DNA of 64,000 nucleotides from Gordius albopunctatus (lineage: Eukaryota): assembly GCA_964276515.1 (NCBI GenBank), contig OZ193909.1, positions 19,840,001 to 19,904,000 of the forward strand. The letters are read 5' to 3'. This document shows, piece after piece, positions 25,801 to 39,060 of the stretch (position 1 is its first letter; each line of letters opens with the position of its first letter). The notes under the pieces were generated by a model. It did no database searches. It worked only from the letters and a program-made list of their open reading frames with translations, and had not been told where the DNA came from. The position numbers and the translations under genes were made by a program.

Positions 25801-28800
25801 ATCTGCACGGGTCATCCTAAACCCTACCCGGACCAGACTTAGGGTCGGGTTGAAAAAAGTAACTTTCCAGTTCTCTAAATTATACTAACTGGTATCAAAG
25901 CTATAAATTCATTTTTTTTAATGATAAGGCGAGTTAAAGGGATTTTCAAAGTTATACTATGACACCTCTTTATTAGGGAGCTCTTTTTGGGGTCATTAAG
26001 ACCTCTTAATAATCGATGCCACTATAATTGTTAATTTAGGAAGTGGGAAATTTAAAAGATGGCGGCGATCGTACCGTGATGAATCTCATCATGAACGAAG
26101 AAAGTACGCCTGAAACCTCGCCATCGGCTGATGGGCTGCTGACTTCGGAAGAAGAACCAGGTTGGTATTCATTCATTCATTTGAAACAGATGTTTCGGTT
26201 TATCACGTGATCGTGGCATAAATATCGTTTGGCCCTCTTAACTCATAAAACTTTATTAAACACACGTCTAATATGCTTTATATCGAATTCAGTTCATCAG
26301 AAATATTATGTTTTAAACAATTTACCAATATCTATACATTTTCAGTAAACGGCTCTTATATCACTTATCCCAACAACTCACCCAGGTATTTAAATCGAGC
26401 AAACAATACCAAACGATTTTTTATAATTTATTTGCCTTTTTCAGTAATTTCAAAATTTAACTCAAAAATGCTTTTTATATTTTAGAAAATTCCCTAATTT
26501 GTGCCTAAATTAGTAAATCCCCTCTAAAAAATGATTTATATATGCCTCAAACTTTTTAAAATCGTCTGTTTCCTGCAGTGGGCGGTGCCGACGTGGGGGG
26601 TCAGGAGGAGGAGGAGGAAGACGCTTTCGTATGGTGCAACGCAGAATGCGTGGTTTGCCTAAGCAGTTTGCGGGACACCCTAATTCTCCCCTGTCGTCAT
26701 CTTTGTCTATGTCACGCCTGCGGAAACGCTCTCAGGTAATAATCCAGTAGAAGACCTTTGGTTTTAGTCAACTAAACACAAATAGACCAAAGCTTTTTTG
26801 GTCTGATCTTCTTAGTCGATGACTTCTAGGCTTGGTCGAAATCGGGAAAATAGACCTGGGACGACCGTTAGTTTTAGTTTAACCTAAGGTCGTCCAAGCC
26901 AAACCACCCCCAGCCGTCCTTGCAACACTAGGTAATACATAAACAATGTTTTTTGTGATTTTTGGGCAATAAATACCACAAAAAACGCGCGATTTGTTAT
27001 TACAAACTCAAAATAACCTTTAGCACTGAGAGATGTAACCAAAGCCCGGCCCACGAGTCGGCCCGGGCCGGGCAACTGTCTGAAATTTTGATGCTCGGAC
27101 AGGCAACCTATCAAGCTTCGAACTATGAGGCTCAATGATATTTTTGAATAATATGGGCTCGCTTTTGGCTGTCATGTCTTGTAGTGTTGAGCCCAACCTG
27201 TAATTTTTGCATAATTGGCGTGTAAACTTATACGGGTTTTCAATGGCCGTGCACTTATGCCTTTTGCTTTCAATCACCGCTGCTTGGCTGTGTAATATTT
27301 TGCTTTCGTCTATTACTTTTTTATTTGATTATATCATATTTGTTAATCCTAGTTCGTATCTATATAAATCTAAAAACAAAATAAAATTGTTACAAAATAT
27401 ATCGATAGTAGTTCAAAAAAGTTTAAAAATCATCATTCGCGATCCGGACAGTCCGGGTACATCTAATAGTTAAGGCATGGCCGGTGGGCACTTTGAAGGA
27501 TTCGAGCTGGCCCGGGTGGGTAGGTTAATTATAAATCGGACCCGCTTGTTTTCGGGCAGAAAATTTTACACAAACCTGACTTCCGGTTGTGATGTTGAGC
27601 TCCTAAGAATCAGCTCCAACTATACGTGGGTAAAAGCGAAGCTCGAAAACTAAAGACCTTTGTATATAAAATCTTAGCAGGAAACGATCACAAATTAATT
27701 GCTAATTGCACGAAATTAAGATTTCGTTGGATGAGTGAGACCTCTTGTATTCGTGAAAAGTGATAATCGATCGAAATTAACAGGAAAAATTAGGTGGAGG
27801 AAAAAGGGTGAGTAGTCATGTCGTCGTATACTACTAAGCCTGAAAAATTCTTTTTATGTAGCACTTATTTGAAGTTTGAAGCCGCCGTCTCACTCACTTT
27901 TTAAAACACATCGAGGGAGTTTTAAGTAGAGATCTGCACGGGTGACCCGAAACCTGACTCGGACCCGATCCAAAAATTTTAAAATGTCTTCGAGTCGGGT
28001 TCAGTTTTAAAAATTTTGCTTTCGGTTCGGTTTTGGGTTGAAAAAAGTGGCTTTTCTGTCCTCTAATATTTAGGAACCAGTTACAAAATGGAGTTATTTT
28101 ACGTTATATGATATATTGACTCTTAACATTAAATATTTTTAGCCAAAAATGTCCTTTATTTCTTTTAAAATGAAAACATGTTTCTAGTTTTCTCGTTTTT
28201 TGAAGGCTCAGTAGTTATAAATTGTTATTAATATGCCTTCAGGTATCAGGCGGGTGCGTGCCCGATCTGCCGAGTTCCTTTCAAAGCTTTGCTGAGATGC
28301 AAAGTCCTTAGGCGAAGAAGGCAACGCCCACTTCCCCCCACCCCCAATCAGGCATCACCCTCACGGCAACCGGAAGCGGCGGTCGCTCCACTACTACCAT
28401 CCTCTTCGAGGGAAAGTCCCCCAGCCAGGATTGGGGGCAAAAGATCATCGGTACTCATAGTGATTATTTTGTATATGGCAAACCCTTAATTATCCAAAAG
28501 TCAAAAGCTGATTAAATGAAACGTTAGAAACAAAAATGTTAACTTTGTTTTCAAAAATTTAGAATTTCTTATTATTTTGACAAAAAAAAGTTTTTTATTT
28601 TGTTCTTAACCTTCAAAAATCTACATAATAAAACTGGTTTTAATGTACGATGTATATCTGTTGTATTGTGAATAAAGCTTAAGACCGCCCCTCTTAGTAC
28701 CTAATTTGCCACAATTACCCGATCCCATTTGTACATTACTAATTTCACTCATTCAATTTATTTTATACGGCCAAGAATTTATAAAAATTAATATGAGCTT

Positions 28801-30150
28801 TTTCGATATAGCTTCTATATCATAATCTATACGCTTGGAGTTAAAGGGAGGCGGAAAAATGATCATTCTTTTGAAATTTTAGCCGTAATTTTAAGGAATC
28901 TTTGGATTTAGAGCCCTGACTACACCTTTGTAACCCAGTCTATTTACCACCACTATAAAAATGTATCGGATGTTTGTAGGAAAGCGGGATAGCTCCTTTA
29001 CCCGCCGGTATTATACCTAAAGGATTCGAGACCGTGCCCCTGGTGGAGGCGTTGAATGGGTCGCTGCCTACTAGAGTGCCTCCCGTTTTCAATTTGGTTA
29101 GTAGTTCTAAATTGGCGTTCGGCAAACAAAACAAAGCAGTGCCATCATTATATGACCAACTCATAGCATTGCCCGCTCCTCAATTGCTCGAGGAATTAAG
29201 AAAATTATCGGGGTTTCCACCCAACTTCACCCCCGAAGAAGTTGCCGATCCAGGGCAATCACCAATGGATGATGGTAAGTATTTAGGTGTCCTAAAGTGG
29301 ACTGGTTTTTGTTTGGCCGAACCAGCGTTTTGGTCGACTTAACGTGGACAGACCAAGAGTTTGGTTGGTCTGTTTTCCTTATTCATGTAATGTAACAGTA
29401 GTTGCTTACCGATTATAATTCAAAATTAAGGCGCCTTTTATAATTTTATTTTTTGTTAAACAGAAAGAGTTGCTTACTTCAAACGGAAATGGGAGCTTGA
29501 AAAATTTGGAGAGACATCCCAGCCAGCTAGGTATTTTTCCTACATGTTTTGCTGCCGACAAATTTAAATCGCTTTTCGAGCGTTTTTACATGAAGTTAAT
29601 GTGCGATTTGGGGCTCATACCGATAAATAATCTAAGCTTCGGAAGTGTAGCTAGAAAATAGGGCACACGTAGAGGTGCTATAAACATATCAACAACGCTC
29701 GCCTCATTGTAATTTATCCAAGATTTAACGCCCAGAGGGAGGCTATTATTAAAATAAAGGGACCTTACACTAGCGGAGCGCTTCTCTATACTTTTTTGAA
29801 AGGGATCCTATTAAGTTTGTTTATCCCTCTTATCAGGCTAGGTCGAATAGGAGGCGCTACATAACGATGCCAGTCACGAGTCTAAATGTTGACCAAACGG
29901 CTGGGGGGTTTCGATTGGTCCACCTTTGGTTTAATCCGTTTTTCTTGGTCGCATAAATGGATTAATTTTTACGGCAAACCTTTGATGAAAACCTCCTTTC
30001 GTGTGTTTGTGTTTAGTTAACCGAAGCCAAAGGTCGACCATACAAAACCCACACCACTTTTTACAACACTGCGAAACGATTAAATATAGTTTGATTTACA
30101 GGTGGTTTCGCCTATATTATGGCGGCTCAGTCAGAAAATCTAAAATTTAA
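22835..30150 (+). CDS. MGRN1: Mahogunin/RNF157-like RING E3 ubiquitin ligase (multi-exon)
   Basis: Phase-consistent GT-AG exons: 22835-22943, 22983-23101, 23138-23226, 23267-23386, 23802-24118, 24910-25145, 26040-26160, 26579-26735, 28243-28450, 28980-29274, 29464-29530, 30102-30150. Family motifs: N-terminal [28 protein letters not shown]...[38 protein letters not shown]...CPICR and PLVEALNG. The last two exons are less certain. Confidence 0.92.
25207..25628. repeat. Foldback MITE with ~130-bp imperfect inverted arms in an MGRN1 intron
   Basis: GAAAGCGAAAAAAAGCGAAGTGAATTTTTGTGCTAATTTATCAAACTTTT near 25210 is mirrored by AAAAGTTTGATAAATTAGCCCAAAAAATCACTTCGCTTTTTTCCGCTTTC near 25577-25626. 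Confidence 0.75.
25796..25877. mobile_element. 82-bp hAT-type mini-MITE (TAGAGATCTGCACGGG family)
   Basis: TAGAGA...TCTCTA ends; 8-bp TSD AATTATAC at 25788-25795 and 25878-25885. Relatives lie at ~24710-24800 and ~27927-28064. Confidence 0.8.
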
Positions 30151-30512
30151 TATACCATTGGTGTTGAGATTTAATGAAAATCTCTTTTATATTCTGTTTG
30201 AAACAATCAGTCCCAAGCAAAAAGATGGCCGGGATTTGCTAAAATCTCATTCGGAGCGCGTATTAAATTCCAGCTCTTCCCAACTCGACCAAAATCCCCA
30301 AAATCTTTCTCGTTCTTCAGATCACCAAAAATTGTCCACAGTAAGACCACCAATTATTATTATTATATTGTTATGCACTCGCTCATTTTTAATTTCCATT
30401 TTATATGGTAGTATAAGGCGAAAGTTGTGGATATTATTAGCTGGTTAATATTTTCACAACAAACACCTCTTTAGTCCATTTTTAAACCTTTTTCCAGACC
30501 TCGTTCCTATTA

Positions 30513-30623
30513 TTAGTGTTGCAAAGACGGCTGGGCTTTGTTGGTCTGTTTTTCAAATTTCGACTCTGGCCCAGAGATCGACTAAGAAGAACAGACCAAA
30601 ACCCAGCGGTTTTCACAACACTA
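30513..30623. mobile_element. Representative copy of an abundant TAGTGTTG...CAACACTA MITE family
   Basis: Terminal inverted repeats with internal GTCGAC/CAGACC motifs. Degenerate copies lie near 21983, 26750, 29300, 29890, 35946, 46580, 49430, 50085, 51026, 52030-52400, 53367, 54030 and 57482. Confidence 0.75.
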
Positions 30624-32397
30624 CATCCTACACCCTCGATATATCGGGGACAATTTGTTACATGATAAATGTGTTAGCAAGATATATACCAATCTGCGAC
30701 TTTGATTTTTATGGGTGAGTTTTTGGTAGAATCATGAATTTGGTGTAACAACTGTCCACTAAAAAAAACTTTTTTTAACGGACTTAAACGTTGGGTAATA
30801 AGGGTCGAAGTTATTATCTAAATTCAACACCTTAAATGGAAAACATACTATTTGATGTAATGATTTGGCCTATAAGCTGTTCTCTAGCAATCATAGACTG
30901 CTCATCATGTCATATGTTTCATACGTGAGTCCACCATTTTCAATTCAACTATGAGTGAATTTACCTTCCTCATTATAATTTAATAAATAAAAAATAATAA
31001 GGTTGTGATCATTGAAATGTAGATGGCACTAAATGTCCTTAACGTCACATTATTTTTATTCTAGTACCAATTTTTTGATGTTAAACTCGTGTTCAATATT
31101 GATTCATTACGAATATAAAACACTTTGCTCTAAGCAAAATTACTATAATCCATATCTCCTTCCCTTATTTTTGCACATTTCGAAATGGCGACATTTAAAT
31201 TTGATGAGCGCTCTATCTAATCTATGCTAGCATGGGTGTGGCCAGCATTAGAATTAGAGGGGGGCAAAATAATTATTTTTTGAAATTGTGGCCATAATTT
31301 TAATACATTTTAACAAATTTATGGATTTAGAGGGGGCAGCCGCCCCTTCCTGCCCCCCCCCTGTCTACGCCCCTGTATGAGTAATATGTCCCTTGATATA
31401 TGTATTTTTATTTTTTTTTAATTTACTAAATGTTAAATTTATATTCATTTCATAAATTTTCCACCCCCCTATTTTTTTGATTAAATGAAACTATTTAAAA
31501 TTTTATGCTCGCGCGGCTATTACTAGGCGAAGAATTCAAACGTTGCGGTTCTAAGTACTCCCCTGTATTCCATGTCCTACCCATTGACTTGTAAATCTTT
31601 CAGAAATGTGCAAAACAAACGTAGCGGGCTACGGGACGCGTCTAAATCTTGCAAATGTCTGTACAGTCTGTTGCCCACCAATCCACTTGAAAACGAAGTT
31701 GTTAGAGGCAACAGCGAACAGTCTTGTTCTAGTATGGATATGTCAAAAAAAATTACATGAAACTTGCACTTGGTAGTTGCGTTTTTATACGTGTGATTTA
31801 AGGAATTTTCAATTTTTTGGGTTGAGATCGGTGCCATCTGTTTAGTTTTAGCTCGTTTTTTATAGTTTTTTAGTCGCGACTGTAACGTTTTTTGTTTTTC
31901 TAAGTAGTAAGCTTGCATCGATTGGAGTATAAAATGAAGGTTTTAGCAATTTTTAGGTGTAATCGTGTTTTTTCTTAATCGTTGTAATAAATTAATATTA
32001 GTAAATTGTGTGTCTATTCTTTAAATTGACGCTTTTGACAATTTTACACTGTGGGATGATAATATAAAGTTATACTCATAAATGATAGTTATTTTAGAAC
32101 AAGATTGCGCAGTTTACGAGGGAGCTGATTTTTTCATTCGATAATATATGTTATGGCCTTAAATGCTAAAATAAGGTGATATTTTAATTGGTTTCCGCAA
32201 TTGCCCAGCATAAATAGCAGTAGGTAGGCAACCTCTAAATCTAAAGAATATCGTATTTTTTCTCCAACCTTTTTTACTTGTCCTTTTTCAAATCTGAGCC
32301 AAACCCTTGAAATTATCATGCAATTTAAAAAAACTAATTTTTAAAGTGATTTTTATTTAGCCTCCTATCATATCTTTCTCTACATTTGTCATAATAC

Positions 32398-32505
32398 AGC
32401 TCTCCGCGTAGCCCCGTCGGTCCGAGGTTTGGACTCGTCCTACAACATACCATACATCGACGACACCTTGGGTTCGAATCCCGGTCGTGCCGATTCTTTT
32501 TTATC
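32398..32505 (+). mobile_element. tRNA-derived SINE-like fragment
   Basis: A-box-like TAGCCCCGTCGG and B-box GGGTTCGAATCCC followed by a T-run; no cloverleaf can be drawn. Confidence 0.5.
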
Positions 32506-34549
32506 GGTCGAGGGGGTCGAACTGTGCGAAAATTTATCTTCGACCTGTTCTTCATCCCATTCTAGTTCATCTTCGATTCATTCCTTCAGCACTGCTCCGC
32601 CATTTTGAATTTAACAACTTATTTTTCTCTTCGGAATTTTATTTAAACTCCTTTAAAATTTGGAGAATATATTTAAAACCATGTCACCACACATCTAATA
32701 TATACACAAATCGTGTCATTTTTAATCATTAATTATCCGTTTTATATCTCCATAACTCTATTTATATATAATTCGCACAATTTAACTGATTGAGTCAAAT
32801 GAGAATACTAACTTTTAAACAAGGCTTTGGAATGCTTTTAATTTGACTAAAAGGTTTTATTTATGTTTCTTCAATTTTGGAGTAAATTTTAAGCAAAACT
32901 TTTAAGTTTTTTTGAAACAAATTGTGGAATATGTAAAAGCCAAAGGATGAACCTCCAGCGAAAGTCAGAAGTTTTAAATAGAAGTTATTAAAAATTGAAG
33001 CTTAATTTAGGCAGTTTTGTAGTCATTAAATTAACTAAGTCCGCTTCTAAGTAGGAATTTAAAGAGTTAATAATTATTTTTTTTTCAATTTATGGTAAAA
33101 TTAAAAGTTCGCAAAATAGAGCATTAGTCATTATTAAAAGCATCAACCTCGATTTGGCTTTTTTTTAAATTGGCCATCCTTGTATCCAAATGCATCTTAC
33201 CCGAAAAATACTACCAAGCGTCCATTTTAATAGATACGTCTCGTGTAATTATATGCATATGGTTCAGTATTAAAAAAGCATTAAAACCAGCTTTTTTTGT
33301 AAACTAAATAAAATTCTTTGTTTAATTTAAATTTTAACTTGTCTACAGGTCTAGTTAGGATTTGAATTTTATCAAAAAAATCAAAATTTTGAAGGGTAGA
33401 ACGAGGTTAACCACTTTCTATTTGTTTTAAAAAAATGTAATAAATTATTTTAATGCAATTTATAGGCTCGTTTTTGGTTTTCCGTTTGGCGGCGGCAGAC
33501 TTCTCTAACTTGTAATTTTTGTAATAATTGCTGTGGAAACTTATACGGCTTACTATTAATAGCTGTGGACTTGTGCTCCTTCTGTAAAAGCCTTCTTTTA
33601 TTTTGCTTTCGCAAATACACTAATTTTCTTGGCCCCATTTTTGATTTTAGTCCTTACCAACTTGTCTAGGTTGTTGCTTTATAACTCTTTATTGCGGGCT
33701 AAATAATTCCGTGAAAATCAATGCTCATCCTTGTTTAAAATGAGATATTTATCAATCCCCATGCTTAATAAACACCTTCACTATCAATGAAAGATTAATA
33801 TTTTTCTTAAAAATAATAACTTTTTTATATAAAAATGCCACATGTTTCTAACAAATAAAAAATTTATGAAGAGTGTCACTTGATGAATTAAGCTTAAATT
33901 GATTTGTTATGAATGTTAGGTAGCATGTGTGTATTACCATAGAATCATTCCTTAGGATGATGAGGACATTTAAATTTTTATAAGTGCCTCATGTCATGCA
34001 AGCTTACTAAAAGTTTGCCAATGCAAATTCTTTTAAATTTGACATCCTAATTTCCAATACATTTCATGAATAAATACTTTAAAATCCAATTGTTTGACAC
34101 AAAGAAAAGCCAATTTTTTTAAACTTCACGCTATTAGCAACCTGCTTTTTTGACTTTATCGTAAACGGAACTGGCCTTACGTGTTATAAATTAAAATTTA
34201 ATAAAGAAATGTCTTCAGACTCTCCCAAAAGTGTTAAAATCTAAAAAAATTGCGGTTTTAGGTTTTACCAGTAAAACTCGTGAAGTACTATCGTAAAAAA
34301 CAAAGAGGAGGTTTAAATCATAAAAACTCGTGGCTTATATGCTTGGGTTAATCATATTTTGCGGACATAAAGGCACTTAAAAGCATGCATTGCTTGATAA
34401 ATATCAATACAAGGGTAGTAGTAGCCTAGTTAGAAGGGTAATGTATTTAAATGCAATGCATTACCATAAATTTACCGGCCAAACATTAAAACTTTCTCCA
34501 ATTTCCGATCACAAAAATTATCGATTTAAAATTATCGAAAAATTTTACG

Positions 34550-35670
34550 ATGTTTAATTCATTTTGCTCGGGCTCTAGTTTATATATTTTAATTTTATTC
34601 TTTTCTCTGTCAAAAACAATAAAAACCAACTTTTTCAATTTCACAACAATTACATCAATGGCCCCACCTGAATTATCTTGTTACGTGTGCCAAGCGGAAT
34701 TCCATACGGATTCAGATTTAGATGATCCTTGCTTTCTCAATGTTAGTCATGATGATTTAGTCAGGTGTGGAGAGGGTGATAAATATTGTCAGGTAAAAAT
34801 AATATTTTATATAAAAATTACAGTTTAATTTTCAAATTTTAATGAAAATTCGTGTGTAAAAGGTTTGTTTTGCATCAAATTGTTGGCAATTTACGTTAAA
34901 ACATATTGGGAGAGAGTTCAAAAACGCTGCTTTACATTAAAAAGACGTTAAAAGATTAGTTTTACAGTATTATATTTATGAAAAATCTTATTGTTCTTCT
35001 TTATCAAGTATTCAGTAACACGGTCATTGGATTTGTTATAATGAGTTTCTTCCATCTTTATCGGCTAAATGGCTAAAATTTCAAACAATGTTTATCTTGC
35101 CCCCCCCCCTAAATCATAATTCCCCCCTCTAGTTGCAATCGTGATATTATATAAATAAGATAAATATAGGAAAATGAGTTTCTTTTAGATTTTTATCGTG
35201 TTTAAGACAGCTCCTTCCACCTTTACTAATTCTCAGGCTTTTACTAGGTAATTCTTAATCAATGCCTGAAAATTTGAAATCAGGATTTAGTTTTAAAAAT
35301 GACAATATAAAACTATGTAACATCGACTATATTAACTCTAATGAAAATTAAGTCAATTCTCATCATTTTTAAATGTGATATTCTTTGATTGTTAGTTTAA
35401 AATATATTATTAGATATATAATAAAAAATTATATTTTTGTAATTTTAGGTAAAGAGGGTTGCTTTGAATCGAATAATCTCGAAAATAGCAAGGTCTTGTG
35501 AAACTGATTGCATGTTCGGTTGCATTACTAATGGCTTTGGAATCACCTACAGAACTTGTACTTCGTGTTGCGATTCGGATGCATGCAATGTTGACAACAA
35601 ATCTTCTCATCTCAATATAAATAAATTTATCATTGGTATTTTGTTTATTTATTCGTTAGTTATATTATAA
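34550..35670 (+). CDS. Ly6/uPAR (three-finger) protein, probably secreted and GPI-anchored
   Basis: Exons 34550-34792 and 35449-35670 join in phase 0. Hydrophobic N-terminus, LSCYVC...C...C...YC...C...C...C...CTSCCDSDACN cysteine pattern and a hydrophobic C-terminal tail. Confidence 0.88.
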
Positions 35671-35699
35671 TGATATTTTAAATAAAAGATGCTTAGGAT

Positions 35700-35857
35700 C
35701 ATAAGCGCAGCCAAGCGGGGCAGGGAGGGGCGATTGCCCCCCTCTAAGTCAAAAATTTGTTGAAATTTCTCAAAACTATGGCTAAAAATGTTCATTTTGC
35801 CCCTCCCTAAATCATTTTTGCCTCCCCCCTCTAATCCCAATGCTGGCTACACCCATG
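35700..35857. mobile_element. hAT-type MITE 30 bp after the Ly6 stop codon
   Basis: Ends CATAAGCGCAGCCA...TGGCTACACCCATG; 8-bp TSD CTTAGGAT at 35692-35699 and 35858-35865. Confidence 0.85.
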
Positions 35858-36069
35858 CTTAGGATTATTAATCCCTTTCGATTCAGCAATGTATTAATAC
35901 GTATTCTTTTGTTTAAAGGCTATAGACGCCATTTTTATTTAGCTTGTGTTGTAAAAACGGGTGGGCTTTGTTTGGTCGGCCTCGGTCTAAGTCGACTAAA
36001 CATCAATAGATCGAAGGATTAATGGAACGGACGATGTGAATACGGGAATCACAAAAAAATAAAATTTGA

Positions 36070-36507
36070 CATGGGCGTAGCCAGCTTTCGGATCAGGGGG
36101 GGGGCGAGCAAAAAAAATCGCCGAGACTAAGTGAGAGCAAAAAAAAAAAAAAAGGTCGCCAAGACCTTTTTTTGGTATTTAACGTTAGTAATTAAAATAT
36201 TTTGCTATTCTTTGGCCTCAACCCACATAAAAACTCATTATTAATCAACAGTACAGTGTACAGAGGATATGTAAACGATGAATGAAGGAACTAACACAAA
36301 CGCAACTACTAATCTCAATATTTAATTCTTATATAATTTAAATTTGCGTCAAAAGGTCGTGAAATAAAATTTTCAACATAAAACTTAATTTCAATCAGGG
36401 GGGGGGGCGAAGCACTAATTTTTTCCAATTTTTACATAAATTTACATTAAAAAATAGAAAAATTCTCATTCAGGGGGGGGCGGCCGCCCCCCCTGCCTAC
36501 GCCCATG
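36070..36507. mobile_element. Young hAT-type MITE, copy A
   Basis: Perfect TIR CATGGGCGTAG; 8-bp TSD AAATTTGA; nearly identical to 39628-40025. Confidence 0.92.
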
Positions 36508-37170
36508 AAATTTGAAGTTAGTTTTTGTTGGTATTAGAAAATTGGTGATATTATTGTGATTGCATAGCTGGTGGCTAGAAAAGGTCTCTAATTTAAATTT
36601 GCCTCTAGATGGCGCTAATCATAGTAAACTTTTAATTTTCATGGATATTGGTATTGGTAGACATTTTTGTTGTGTTAGGAAAGTTATATTTAAGATTGCA
36701 ATAATTGCAGATAGCAATAAAACCTTTCTTATTGGAGGATATATAGAAAAATGTTTCCAGATATCAGATGGTTTTCTTGGCATTTTTTATGAAAGAAAAT
36801 AATATAAAAATATTTTTAATAAATTTTAATCATAGACTAATAGAATGCTCATCCAGAGTACATTCGATGTAACAATATGATTCCAAAACCATCCGCCATT
36901 TTTGTTATCTACACCTGACGAAATTTAAATACAAAAAAAACTAATTCTAGGCAAAACTTATTTAGAAATTAGTCTCTGACGGTAAAAAAAGTTATATTAT
37001 CTTTTATTATATATGATTTTATTATTTTTTAATATTGATATCGATTAAATTTCATAAATACTCTATTAAGGTAAATATTAATTTTTACAAGATTATGGAA
37101 ATATTTATATTTATGCCTATTATTACAACATATTAACATTCTTTTGTTATTAATGATGTTAGTAGAGCAT

Positions 37171-39060
37171 ATGTCCCATTGTTCAGCTTATGGCTGCACT
37201 AAAACAAAAGGAAAAATAAGGATATTTCCTTAAATAAGTAATATTATAATATATCCAAATGTAACAACAAATTATTGCCAAATTCTTTTTGATTGCTCTA
37301 TTTTAAAGAAAATTATTTGTTAATTTTATGTATTATTCTTATTTTTGATTAAATAGATTTCCTCTTTCAAACAAACCATTACTAAAATTATGGCTCCACA
37401 ATGTAAAGAGGGACTTTACTCCTACCAAATCCTCAAGATGTGGGGCTCATTTTACCTCAGATTCATTTATTCCAACAGCTGCTTAATATAAGCAACTAGG
37501 AGAAGGCTCAATCCCTACAATATTTAATCTACCACCTCACCTCCAAAAGGTAATTTATTTGACTCAATATTCATTAAACATAATATGTTGACCCTTTAAT
37601 CATAAAATCTTTTTGTAACGATAGTTTTAACCTTTCTCCTAAAAGAAATTAAAAGTAAAAATTTTTATTGGCTGCTTATTTTGTAATGGCCAAGATGGCA
37701 TTTCTAGAGTTGAACCTTCACAAACGTTTCCAAAATTGAAATAAATGCTCTAGACTATTAATTTAAGAATTTAATTCTACCAATGCTAAATATATATTCA
37801 ACGAATCTCATACAATATATAATTACATCATTTTATATTTAATTTTTTTTTAATTTTATTTTTACACTATGTTAGAAACCACCTTGTAAAAGAACTACAC
37901 AAAACTCTTCAGCCTGCCCTCTTCAAGATATCACAAAGAATCTACCCAAAAAAGGAAAAAGAAAAAACAAATTTTAATCCCATTACCAATGGTGTAGCCT
38001 GAACACGCAAATAATGATTTTATTGAACATGCGAAGACAGTTAATAAGTTAACAGTAAAAAATGAGAAATTGAAGAACACCATGAAACGTCTTCGGCTCT
38101 CAAATCATAGGTACCGTCGTAGGATGATAAGGCTAAGGACATTAATTAGTGATGATCAAAACCTAGGTTTGTACAACCCAAACCTAAGGTTTGGGTTAAG
38201 GTTGGAAAAAGACCTTTAAGGTCTTTCAGATTCCCTAACCCAAAACTGGGGTGGAACCCCAAAAAGACCTTAAAAACCTTAAGGTCTTTTATACACCCAA
38301 ACCTTAACCCGGGGTTGGGGTTAGGTTGACCTGGGGCTAATGTTTTGAAGTATAGGCGTGAAATAAGAGTATATTATTTTTTAGATATTAATATATTTAT
38401 TTTTTAATGAAGAAATGAATTTTTTTTAAATATTTTAATTTATAATAAATAGAAAATGATTTTTTTTATTATTATTCATTTAATTTCATAATATAATCTT
38501 GGGGTAAATTAATTAAAAAATAATATTGGGTTATTGTTTTAGCACCATCTAGCTTGTAATTAAATTTGCCATGCCATCCCTGTCTCGTTCTCGTGGCGAA
38601 TTTAATTACAAGCTAGATGGTGCTAAAACAATAACCCAATATTATTTTTTAATTAATTTACCCCAAGATTATATTATGAAATTAAATGAATAATAATAAA
38701 AAAATCATTTTCTATTTATTATAAATTAAAATATTAAAAAAAAATTCATTTCTTCATTAAAAAATAAATATATTAATATCTAAAAAATAATATACTCTTA
38801 TTTCACGCATATACTTCAAAACATTAGCCCCAGGTCAACCTAACCCCAACCCCGGGTTAAGGTTTGGGTGTATAAAAGACCTTAAGGTTTTTAAGGTCTT
38901 TTTGGGGTTCCACTCCAGTTTTGGGTTAGGGAATCTGAAAGACCTTAAAGGTCTTTTTCCAACCTTAACCCAAAACCCACCTCGGGTTTGACCTTGGGAA
39001 AACCCAACCTAGGTTTTGATCACCACTAGACATTATATCCGAACTAAAGGATATTTTTTT
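37171..39060 (+). pseudogene. THAP-domain (P-element/THAP9-like N-terminus) pseudogene
   Basis: Manual translation gives MSHCSAYGC, an intron, then FPLSNKPLLKLWLHNVKRDFTPTKSSRCGAHF...GSIPTIF (37357-37549) and a basic coiled-coil exon near 37875-38146. It has a frameshift, an in-frame TAA and a foldback insertion, and is absent from the ORF track. Confidence 0.8.
38147..39028. mobile_element. ~880-bp foldback (palindromic) element with TAGTG...CACTA ends
   Basis: Arms 38147-38573 and 38592-39028 are near-exact reverse complements around an 18-nt spacer, flanked by GACATTAAT and GACATTAT (probable 8-bp TSD with a 1-nt indel). Confidence 0.9.

Noticed and set aside
26285..26305. Additional hammerheads at other CTGATGA/CTGAAGA matches (also ~12348, ~30316, ~51320)
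   Set aside because: None has a stem II followed by GAAA and a closing stem I.
31572..31918. Overlapping ORFs as a host gene
   Set aside because: No recognisable domain or splice structure; probably decayed transposon sequence that I cannot classify.
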